NCBI GenBank assembly: GCA_038231135.1
Contig: JBBRLX010000012.1
Span: forward strand, 32,001-96,000
Direction of reading: 5' to 3'
Source of the DNA: Candidatus Eiseniibacteriota bacterium
GTDB taxonomy: Bacteria > Eisenbacteria > RBG-16-71-46
DNA: 64,000 nt
This document shows positions 9,259-17,124 of the stretch, piece after piece. Numbering within the stretch: position 1 is the stretch's first letter; every line of letters starts with the position of its first letter. Below the pieces are notes generated by a model, which had not been told where the DNA came from, did not search any database, and worked only from the letters and a program-made list of their open reading frames with translations. Both the position numbers and the translations under genes were made by a program.

Positions 9259-10199
9259 GCGACCATCGTCCGGAATACATCGACCTGTGCGCCGCCTGGG
9301 CGCTGGGCTGCCTCGATCAGGGCGACGTGGTCCTGCTCGACGAGCACCTGGCGCAGGGTTGCGCCGAGTGCGGGACGGCGATGGCCGAGTTCTCCGCCGC
9401 CACCGTGCTGGTCGCCGCGTCGGCGCAGCGCGCGCCCGCGTCACCCGCACTTCGCGAACGCGTGATGGCGGCGGCCGTGCAGGCGGCCGGGCCCGCCGCC
9501 ATCGCGGCCGCCGCCATCGCTCCGGTCGCCGGGGCGGCGACGCCGGCCGCGCGACCGGGAGTGGCGCCGGGTTCCGCGCCGCGTGCGGCGCCCCCCGTGA
9601 CCGGCGGCGGCGCGACTGCCGGCGGGCGCGATGGTGCTCGCGACGCCGGCCCGGCGCGGGTGATCGAATTCCGGCAGCGCCCGGCGTGGACGATGTGGGT
9701 GCCGCTGGCCGCGGCGGCGGCGCTCGCGATCGCCTCGGGCGTGCTGTGGATGCGCGTCCACAAGCTCGATTCCGACCTGGCGGCGAGCAACACGGAGATC
9801 GCGCAGTTGCAGCGAACGGCCGAAGAGGGCGACAAGTGGCTGGCGGTGCTGCACTCGGCCGACGCGCGCGTGTCGGTACTCGAGCCGACGACCGACGGCG
9901 ACGCGCGCCTGCGTGCCCGCGCCACCTATGACCCGGCCACGAAGCGGGCCGTGATCGTATTCGAGAACTTCACGAAGCCGACGAATCGCGACTACCAGTT
10001 GTGGGTGATCCGTGACGGCGCGCCGGCGAGCCTCGGCGTCGTGCACGCCGACGACCAGGGCCGCGCGGTGCTGGAGCTCGAAGGTGTCGGCGATTCGTTC
10101 GCGCTGAGCGCGTTCGCCGTATCGCTCGAGCCCGAGGGCGGCTCTCCGAATCCCACGCCGTCCGGACCCGTCGTGATGCTCGGGAAGCTGAGCGGATGA
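9255..10199 (+). CDS. RskA-like anti-sigma factor
   Basis: GTGA overlap with the sigma stop; zinc-finger-like HLAQGCAEC; one TM helix; C-terminal DYQLW...PASLG...FAVSLEP.GGSP.PSG domain. Confidence 0.88.
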   Translation: MSDHRPEYIDLCAAWALGCLDQGDVVLLDEHLAQGCAECGTAMAEFSAATVLVAASAQRAPASPALRERVMAAAVQAAGPAAIAAAAIAPVAGAATPAARPGVAPGSAPRAAPPVTGGGATAGGRDGARDAGPARVIEFRQRPAWTMWVPLAAAAALAIASGVLWMRVHKLDSDLAASNTEIAQLQRTAEEGDKWLAVLHSADARVSVLEPTTDGDARLRARATYDPATKRAVIVFENFTKPTNRDYQLWVIRDGAPASLGVVHADDQGRAVLELEGVGDSFALSAFAVSLEPEGGSPNPTPSGPVVMLGKLSG

Positions 10200-10254
10200 C
10201 TCTGCCGCGCCGACCGGGCCACACCCGCCCCAGCGCCATCGAGCATTCGCCGGC

Positions 10255-11037
10255 ATGATCACCATCCGCCGCGAGAAGAGCACCGATCCCGCCTCGATCC
10301 GCCGCGTCATCGACGCCGCGTTCGGACGCCCGAACGAATCGGCGGCAGTGGAGGCGATGCGCCAGCGCGGCGCGATCGTGCTGTCGCTGGTGGCGATCCG
10401 GGCCGACACGATTATCGCTCAGTTGCTGTTCACCGCGGCACGATTCGATACTTCGACCGCTCCGGTCTGGCTCGACGGCGATCCCGACGCCCCCGCGGAT
10501 GCGGCCGGGAGCGCCGCTGCCGCAGCGCCGGTGGCGCGCCCGGTGCTCCAGCGCCGGACCGAGCCCGAAATCCAGTGGGTATCGCTTGAAGAGGAGTTCG
10601 AGAAGGAAGAGCGTCAACGTGAGATGGAGGAAGTCGCGGAAGCCGCCGCCGCGGTGGCCCGCGCGGCCAAGCGCAAGGCGCCAGCAGAGAAGGTCACGCG
10701 CGTTTCCACGCTCACGGGCGGCGGGATCCGCGTGCCGGAATTCGCGGTGATGGCGCCGGTCGCCGTGATCCCGAATCAGCAGCGCCGCGGCATCGGCAGC
10801 GAACTCGTCGAGGCGGGTCTCGAGCAGTTGTCACGCCTCCACGCTCGCGCCGTGTTCGTGCTCGGCGATTCCAGCTACTACAGCCGGTTCGGCTTCGTGT
10901 CGACGCGGCCGTTCGGCATCGGCTGCGACCCGCCGTCTAGGAGCGCTACGTTCCAGGTGCACGAGCTGCGTGCGGGCACGCTGGCCGGGTTGAACGGCGT
11001 CATACAGTTCGAGCCCGAGCTGAGGAACCTGGGCTGA
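10255..11037 (+). CDS. GNAT N-acetyltransferase (YhbS-like) with an internal insertion
   Basis: IRRE...AAFGRPNES..VE.MR..G..VLSLVA, then MAPVAVIPNQQRRGIGSELV and VFVLGDSSYYSRFGF. Confidence 0.85.
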   Translation: MITIRREKSTDPASIRRVIDAAFGRPNESAAVEAMRQRGAIVLSLVAIRADTIIAQLLFTAARFDTSTAPVWLDGDPDAPADAAGSAAAAAPVARPVLQRRTEPEIQWVSLEEEFEKEERQREMEEVAEAAAAVARAAKRKAPAEKVTRVSTLTGGGIRVPEFAVMAPVAVIPNQQRRGIGSELVEAGLEQLSRLHARAVFVLGDSSYYSRFGFVSTRPFGIGCDPPSRSATFQVHELRAGTLAGLNGVIQFEPELRNLG

Positions 11038-12251
11038 ACGCGCGGCCGCCGGGCCAGGATCTGCGCGATCGCCGGCTGCTCTACACCGCCGCGTTCCTGC
11101 GCGCCCTCGCCACCGGTATGGCGGGCGTGCTGCTCGGCATCTACCTGGCGCGCGTCGGCCTCGACGCCACCCACATTGGATTCGTAATCGCCGCCGGGCT
11201 CGCGGGCGGAGCCGTGGCGACGCTGCTCGCCACCCTGCACGGCGATCGCTTCGGACGCCGCCAGTTGCTGATGGTGATCGCGCTGCTCGGAGTCGCGGGG
11301 GGCGCGGTCGTGGCGTTCGCGACCGATCCCTGGGTGCTGGTCGCGGCGTCGTTCCTCGGGATGATGAACGGCATGGGCCGCGATCGCGGCGCGGCGCTGG
11401 CGATCGAGCAGTCGCTGCTGCCGTCGACCACCGGCGACGCGGGTCGCACGCGCGTCGTGGCGTGGTACAGCGTGTTGCAGGACTCGGGACATGCGCTCGG
11501 CAGCCTGTTCGCGGGATTGCCGCAATTGCTGAGAATGCGCGGCGTCGGCGACCTGACCGCGCTGCGGATGCCGTTCGCGTTCTATGGCCTGCTGATCCTG
11601 GCGACGCTGCTGCTCTACCTGAGGTTGTCGCCGGCGCTCGAGGCGGCCCCGCAGGCGCGCACCCTTTCGGTGTCGCCCGAGAGCCGCAAGGTGGTGCTCA
11701 AGATCAGCGCGCTGTTCACGATCGACGCGCTCGGCGGCGGCTTCCTGACGACTGCGCTGATTTCATATTTCTTCTTCAAGCGGTTCCACGTCGAGGAAGG
11801 TGTGATCGGGCTGCTGTTCTTCTTCGCGCGGGTGGCGAATGCGTTCTCGCACCTGGGCGCCGCGTGGCTGGCGCGCCGCATCGGCCTCGTGAACACGATG
11901 GTGTTCACCCACGTGCCGTCGAGCATCCTGCTCGCCACGGTGGCGTTCGCGCCGACCTTCCCGATCGCGGCGGTGCTGTTCCTGCTGCGCGAGGGCCTCG
12001 TCGAGATGGACGTGCCGACGCGCACGTCGTACGTCATGGCAGTCGTGAAGCCCGAGGAGCGGCTCTACGCCTCGGGTGTCACGAGCATCGTGCGCATGGG
12101 CGCGTGGGCCGTGGCCCCGTCGTTCGCGGGACTGTTCATGCAAGGCGTGTCGATGGGCATGCCGCTGTTCATCGGCTCCAGCCTCAAGATCCTCTACGAC
12201 GTGCTGCTGTTCCGCGCGTTCAAGCACGTGAAGCCGCCCGAAGAGCGGTAG
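11034..12251 (+). CDS. MFS transporter
   Basis: GDRFGRRQLL motif A, ARRIGLVNTMVFTH, EMDVPTRTSY and ~12 TM helices. The frame is open upstream of ATG 11118 (RDRRLLYTAAFLRALATG). Start inferred at CTG 11034. Confidence 0.85.
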   Translation: MNARPPGQDLRDRRLLYTAAFLRALATGMAGVLLGIYLARVGLDATHIGFVIAAGLAGGAVATLLATLHGDRFGRRQLLMVIALLGVAGGAVVAFATDPWVLVAASFLGMMNGMGRDRGAALAIEQSLLPSTTGDAGRTRVVAWYSVLQDSGHALGSLFAGLPQLLRMRGVGDLTALRMPFAFYGLLILATLLLYLRLSPALEAAPQARTLSVSPESRKVVLKISALFTIDALGGGFLTTALISYFFFKRFHVEEGVIGLLFFFARVANAFSHLGAAWLARRIGLVNTMVFTHVPSSILLATVAFAPTFPIAAVLFLLREGLVEMDVPTRTSYVMAVVKPEERLYASGVTSIVRMGAWAVAPSFAGLFMQGVSMGMPLFIGSSLKILYDVLLFRAFKHVKPPEER

Positions 12252-12900
12252 CGACCGGGGCGTAGGCCGCGGCGCTGCGGTTCAGAACGCCACGCGAACC
12301 GCCAGCTGCGGATCGCCATGTGCGGGGCACGTTGAGCGCGATCGCCGCACCCTCGAACGGCAGCACCGCGGCGTGGAACTCCCGCACCAGGCGACGCCGG
12401 GCCTCAATCGGATTGGGAGGATGGTAGCCGTAATCCGGCTGGACCCGCGCCGCCTCCTCGAGCGTCATGCCATTGCGCTCGAGCCAGCCTGCGAGTTCCG
12501 GATCGCCCGCCAGTTGGCGGACGTACGAGTGATTCGCGGTGGTGGCGACACGCTGCACGAGCGCGCCCCCGCCCGCCGCCTCGATCACGTATGCCATCGC
12601 GCAGCGCGTGCCGTGCTCGTCGACGAAGCTCGGGCGGCGGCCGGCGGGGAAGTCGTGGTTGTGCGGGAACACCCCGGCGGTCCAGTAGGCGTGGAGCACA
12701 TCGAGGACATGCCCGCGCGCGAGCCGTTGCGTGGGCCCGAGTCGAGAAACATCGCGTATGCGCAGGGCGCGTTCGGCGCGAGCGAGATGGGCGCGGACGC
12801 GGGCTCCGTCAGCAGCGGCGGGATCGCCGGGGACGGTAGCGGATTGGACGACGACGGCGACGGCCCACATACATAGTAATACTGCGGCGCACGGTTTCAT
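12220..12900 (-). CDS. Secreted conserved hypothetical protein, possibly frameshifted at its 3' end
   Basis: GGAGGA RBS, signal peptide, and VFPHNHDF..P.FVDEHGTRCAMAY...GMTLEEAARVQPDY. The C-terminus degrades and overlaps the convergent MFS gene. Confidence 0.6.
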   Translation of the reverse strand: MKPCAAVLLCMWAVAVVVQSATVPGDPAAADGARVRAHLARAERALRIRDVSRLGPTQRLARGHVLDVLHAYWTAGVFPHNHDFPAGRRPSFVDEHGTRCAMAYVIEAAGGGALVQRVATTANHSYVRQLAGDPELAGWLERNGMTLEEAARVQPDYGYHPPNPIEARRRLVREFHAAVLPFEGAAIALNVPRTWRSAAGGSRGVLNRSAAAYAPVATALRAASRA

Positions 12901-13034
12901 GGGAGCGTTCCTCCGGGCCCGGCTGCCCCGCGCCGGCCGGATCGGGTTCCCGATTTCCACACGACGAGCCGATCGGATCCTCCACACGCCCCGGCATCTT
13001 CGCCCCGCGCCCCGCCTTGCCGTATGTTCCGAGC

Positions 13035-13844
13035 ATGCGTCAGACCCAGGGCTCGATGATCTGTCCGTCGTGCGGCAAGCTGATCGGCGTCTCCGAGCAG
13101 GAGTGCCCGTTCTGCGGCGCCAAGAATCCGAGCCTGTTCGGCTACGCCCCCGTAATCCAGCGATGGTTCGGGCGCCGGCTCGATCTCATCTCGCTGATCG
13201 TGACGACGTGCGTGGTGCTCTACATCGTGGCGCTCGCGCTCGAGCCCGACGCCATCCTGCATCCGCAGGGCGGATTCTTCGGACTGCTGGCGCCGGGATC
13301 GCGGGCGCTCTACCAGCTGGGCATGACGGGTGGCCTCGCGTGGACGCAGCACTGGTGGTGGACGCTGCTCACCGCAATCTATCTGCACGGCGGGCTGCTG
13401 CACATTTTCTTCAACATCATGTGGATCCGGAACCTCGGCCCGACCGTGGACGAGGCCTACGGACCCGCGCGGGCGTTCGTGATCTTCAGCATCGCGGGCG
13501 CCGTCGGATTCCTGGTGTCGAACCTCGCCGCCGGCACGCCAACGATCGGTGCGTCCGGCAGCATCTTCGGTCTGCTCGCGGCGCTGATCGTCTACAACCG
13601 GCGCACAGGCTCGCATGCCATGACCCAGCAGCTCTGGCAGTGGGCGATCATCATGTTCGTGATGGGCTTCGTGATGAGCGCCGTGAACAACTGGGCGCAC
13701 GCCGGCGGGTTCGCCGGCGGCTGGGTCACCGCCCAATTCATGCGACTCGGCCACGAGAAGCGCGAGAGCATGGGTGTGCAGTTGCTGGCGCTCGCCCTGA
13801 TCGCCCTGACGGCCGTGGGGTTCGTGTTGTCGTTCGTGCGGTGA
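13035..13844 (+). CDS. Rhomboid intramembrane serine protease with N-terminal zinc ribbon
   Basis: CPSC...CPFC; WWTLLTAIYLHGGLLHIFFN; catalytic GASG; NWAHAGGFAGG. Confidence 0.93.
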   Translation: MRQTQGSMICPSCGKLIGVSEQECPFCGAKNPSLFGYAPVIQRWFGRRLDLISLIVTTCVVLYIVALALEPDAILHPQGGFFGLLAPGSRALYQLGMTGGLAWTQHWWWTLLTAIYLHGGLLHIFFNIMWIRNLGPTVDEAYGPARAFVIFSIAGAVGFLVSNLAAGTPTIGASGSIFGLLAALIVYNRRTGSHAMTQQLWQWAIIMFVMGFVMSAVNNWAHAGGFAGGWVTAQFMRLGHEKRESMGVQLLALALIALTAVGFVLSFVR

Positions 13845-14113
13845 CGTCGCTGCTGATGGGGCACTGAGCGCGGCGATTCCCGCCGAATGCCCGGCCCGAG
13901 CGGCGGTTTGCAGGTTCCGGACGCTCCCCACCGCGCAGTCATCAAGGACCGGGCTCCAGCCGCCGAAAACAACGAGGAATGATCCCGGCCGGTCGTGACC
14001 GCGGGGGAACACCTTGTGTACACTGCCGCCTTAGCGGCCCATGATAAGGCTCGCGAGCATCGAAGCACGGTGCGTAATCCCGGCTTCCGATGCGCGCATT
14101 CCCCAAGGTCGGG

Positions 14114-17050
14114 ATGTCGGAACCTTCCTACCTCGAACGCTTCTTCGTTCACTCACTTGACGAGTTCGTCGAACTCGCCCCCGAGGTCCGCGCCCAGAGC
14201 GTGCGGTCCGTGGTGCCCGACCTAAACTTCTTCCTCGACGAGGACCGGGCGCTCGGCGACCGCGACGCGCCGCCGCGGACGCGCACACTCGCGCGCTCGC
14301 TGTTCGAGGCGCTGGCGAAGGTCGCCACCCCCGACGGCGCCCGCACGCTGCGCGAGCGGGTGATCACCAACGCGCTGCTGCGCTCCGAGGCGGATCGCGA
14401 CCAGAACGTCTACCTGGGCCGGTTGTTCACTCGCTCGCTCACGCATGCGGTGCCCGACGTGATCCTCCAGCCTATGACGAGCGCCGAGACGGCGGCCGCA
14501 CTGCGCTGGGCGCGCGAGCACAAGGTGCCGGTGACGCTGCGCGGCGCCGCCACCACCGCCATGGGGGGCGCGGTGCCGAACGACGCCGGGCTGGTGCTCG
14601 ATCTGTCCCGGCTCGACTCGGTCGAGATCGACGCGGCCGCCGGCGTGTGCGTGCTCGGCGCGGGCGCGCGGCTGCGCACCGTGCACGCGGCGCTCGCGGC
14701 GCGTGGGCTGGCGTTACGCGCCTATCCCTCGAATCTCGGCGGCACGTTCGCCGGCTGGTTCGCCACCGGCGGCATCGGGCTCAACGCGGGGCTCGCGGGC
14801 CGGGCGCTCGACAACGTGCGCGCCGCCGACGTGCTGCTGCCGGGCGGGGACCACGTGCGGTTCCACGACGACGGCCGCATCGACGTTCCCGAGGGCAACA
14901 CGCGTGTCACGGTCACGGCCGAAGACGCGGCGCGCTGGTTCCACCGGCGCGGCAGCAAGCCGATGGCGCTCGCCGATCTCGCGGGCAGCGAGGGCGCGCT
15001 GGGCGCGATCCTCCACCTGACGGTCCGGATCGAGGCGCGGCCCGAGATCGCCCCGTTCCTGCTCGCGTTCGAGCGCGAGCAGGACGCCGTGGACGCCGCC
15101 GAATGGGTGGCGCGGCTCGAGTTGCCGGCCCGCCCGGCGAACGTGAAGTTCCTGTCGGGGACGCACGTCCATCATACGCTGCGGGTGTGGGACGACGAGG
15201 CGGCGCGGGTGTGGAAGCGGCATCCGGGCACCGGCTCGAACGATGCGGCGCTGCCGTGGACCCGCATCGTCGGGCCCGCCGAGATCGGCGCCGTGTGCAC
15301 GCCGATGACGGCGCATCCCGGCGCGTGCCTGTTCGTCGACTTCTTCGACCTGCGCGCGGCCCGGGAATTCGCGGCGCGCATCGCGGCATGTCCCGGCGCT
15401 CCGACGCTGCTCGAGGACAGCGTGCGGTTCGCGGCCGAGCGGTTCCGGCCGCAGCAGACCAAGCGCTTCGGTCCCGGCCTGCTGGCGGCGGAGATCTTCC
15501 TGCCGGCGCCCGAGGTGAAACGGTTCCTGCCGCGCGCGGCCGCGCTCGCGCGGCGCGCGGGATCGGCGCTCGATGCCGAGGTGTATTTCCTCGCCGACGG
15601 CTCGGCGCTGGTGATCGCGGGCTATCTCACCGATCACCGCAGCGGCGCGTTCGCGGTCGACCTGATGCTGGCGCCCGCGCTGCTCGACCTGGCGATGACC
15701 GACCACCAGGGCCGCCCGTACGTGCTCGGCCGCTGGCAGTCGGCGTGGTTCGAGAACAAGTTCGGACCCGCGGCCGCCGACCGGCTGCGCGGGTTCAAGC
15801 GGGCGCTCGACCCCGATGCGATCCTGAATCGCGGCGTGCTCCTCGAGCCGCGGCTCCACGGCGTGCTCGGCGCGATCGTGGCGGCGGCGTTCGCGCCCGG
15901 CGTCGGCATCGTGCGCCACGTGTTTCAGCTGCCGGCGCTGGCGTGGATGGCGCGCGGCGCCCGCAGCGTGCTGCGCGGCATGTCGGGGCCGGCGCATGGA
16001 CACGGCGAGCCGGCGGCGCCCGGCGCCCGGTTCCGCGTCGCCGCGCCGGAAGCCACGCGCAGTTCGAAGGCCCGGGCGGGCGAATCGCGTGCTGCCGCGG
16101 ACGAGACGCCGATCATGCTGGCGGTGCCGCCCTCGGCGGTTGCTGCGGGCGCGGGAACGGCGGGCGGCTCGAGCGGGCACGAGCCGCAGACGGCGTCCCA
16201 CGGCCACGGCGCCGACCGTGCCGCGGAGTTCGACCACCCGCCGGTACAACGCCCGGAGGATCGCGCGCTCCATTGTGTCAACTGCGGCGAGTGCAACAGC
16301 GTGTGCCCGGTGTTCCAGGACTCGAAAATCCGGCTGCCGCAGATGCTCACGCACCTCGGCGAATCGATGCGCGCGGGCGAGAAGTTGGGCGCCACGGGGG
16401 GCACGCTGCTCGACCTGTGCATGCGCTGCGGCAACTGCGAGCAGGTCTGCCAGGCCGGGATTCCGCACCTGCCGCTCTACGACGAGATGCAGCGGTCCGC
16501 CGATCGCGTCCATCCCCACGACGACGAGCGCCACACCGTGATCGTCGCCGCGGTCCGGTCCTCGCCGCACTACCTGCGCGAGTTCCTCGGCGTGCGCCCG
16601 GGCGGCTATCAGAAGCGCGCGCCGGTCGCGCTGCCGGGCCTGACGCGGTTCGTGGTGCTGCGATCCGAGAACGACGCAGGCCCGGCGGCCACGTGCATCC
16701 ATTGTGGCGCGTGCGTGCCGGTGTGCCCGACGCACGCCAACCGCGAGTTCCAGGGTGCGGACGCGCGGTGGATCACGACCGTGCAGAACCGCTGCATCGG
16801 CTGCGGCGCCTGCGTGGAAGTGTGCCCCAACAATCATCAGAATGGCGGCCAGACCCTGCGGGTGATGGAGGCGCCGACCCCCGACTGGTTCGCCGCGATC
16901 GCCGGGTTCCGTGGCGGGCGCGAGGGTGCGGGCGATATCCCCGGGTCCGGGTCGCCGCCGCGCGCCAGCGCTACATCGATGACACGAACGCCGGAAGCGG
17001 ATTCGCCGCTCCCGGTGGCAACGCAGGTTCACCGGGCTTCGCGCGGGTAA
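14114..17050 (+). CDS. FAD-binding (VAO/GlcD-type) oxidoreductase with four [4Fe-4S] motifs
   Basis: PDVILQP, VTLRGAATTAMGGAVP, LDLSRLD, YPSN..GTFAGWFATGGIG, GSEGALG, KRALDPDAILNRG; four CxxCxxCxxxC motifs (CVNCGECNSVCP, CMRCGNCEQVCQ, CIHCGACVPVCP, CIGCGACVEVCP). Confidence 0.88.
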   Translation: MSEPSYLERFFVHSLDEFVELAPEVRAQSVRSVVPDLNFFLDEDRALGDRDAPPRTRTLARSLFEALAKVATPDGARTLRERVITNALLRSEADRDQNVYLGRLFTRSLTHAVPDVILQPMTSAETAAALRWAREHKVPVTLRGAATTAMGGAVPNDAGLVLDLSRLDSVEIDAAAGVCVLGAGARLRTVHAALAARGLALRAYPSNLGGTFAGWFATGGIGLNAGLAGRALDNVRAADVLLPGGDHVRFHDDGRIDVPEGNTRVTVTAEDAARWFHRRGSKPMALADLAGSEGALGAILHLTVRIEARPEIAPFLLAFEREQDAVDAAEWVARLELPARPANVKFLSGTHVHHTLRVWDDEAARVWKRHPGTGSNDAALPWTRIVGPAEIGAVCTPMTAHPGACLFVDFFDLRAAREFAARIAACPGAPTLLEDSVRFAAERFRPQQTKRFGPGLLAAEIFLPAPEVKRFLPRAAALARRAGSALDAEVYFLADGSALVIAGYLTDHRSGAFAVDLMLAPALLDLAMTDHQGRPYVLGRWQSAWFENKFGPAAADRLRGFKRALDPDAILNRGVLLEPRLHGVLGAIVAAAFAPGVGIVRHVFQLPALAWMARGARSVLRGMSGPAHGHGEPAAPGARFRVAAPEATRSSKARAGESRAAADETPIMLAVPPSAVAAGAGTAGGSSGHEPQTASHGHGADRAAEFDHPPVQRPEDRALHCVNCGECNSVCPVFQDSKIRLPQMLTHLGESMRAGEKLGATGGTLLDLCMRCGNCEQVCQAGIPHLPLYDEMQRSADRVHPHDDERHTVIVAAVRSSPHYLREFLGVRPGGYQKRAPVALPGLTRFVVLRSENDAGPAATCIHCGACVPVCPTHANREFQGADARWITTVQNRCIGCGACVEVCPNNHQNGGQTLRVMEAPTPDWFAAIAGFRGGREGAGDIPGSGSPPRASATSMTRTPEADSPLPVATQVHRASRG

Positions 17051-17081
17051 CCGCTCGCGCCGAGGCTCACGTTCCGGAATG

Positions 17082-17105
17082 CCGCGGGGCTTTCGAGCTC
17101 CGCGG
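17082..17105 (+). promoter_or_regulatory. GC-rich hairpin with UUCG loop just upstream of the glutamine synthetase RBS
   Basis: CCGCGGGGCT-TTCG-AGCTCCGCGG, about 9 nt before the GGAG RBS; function unknown. Confidence 0.4.
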
Positions 17106-17124
17106 GGTTCGATTGGAGACCGCA

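Noticed and set aside
13990..14110. Short palindromes (GTGTACAC, GCACGGTGC, TGCGCGCA) upstream of the nitrogen operon as NtrC, GlnR or sigma-54 sites
   Set aside because: No convincing match to GG-N10-GC or known operator consensus, and such short palindromes are expected by chance.
14647..17124. Apparent 1559-aa glutamine synthetase fusion
   Set aside because: The first 826 codons are an Arg/Ala/Gly-rich off-frame shadow of the oxidoreductase gene. The GSIII has its own RBS and ATG at 17125.
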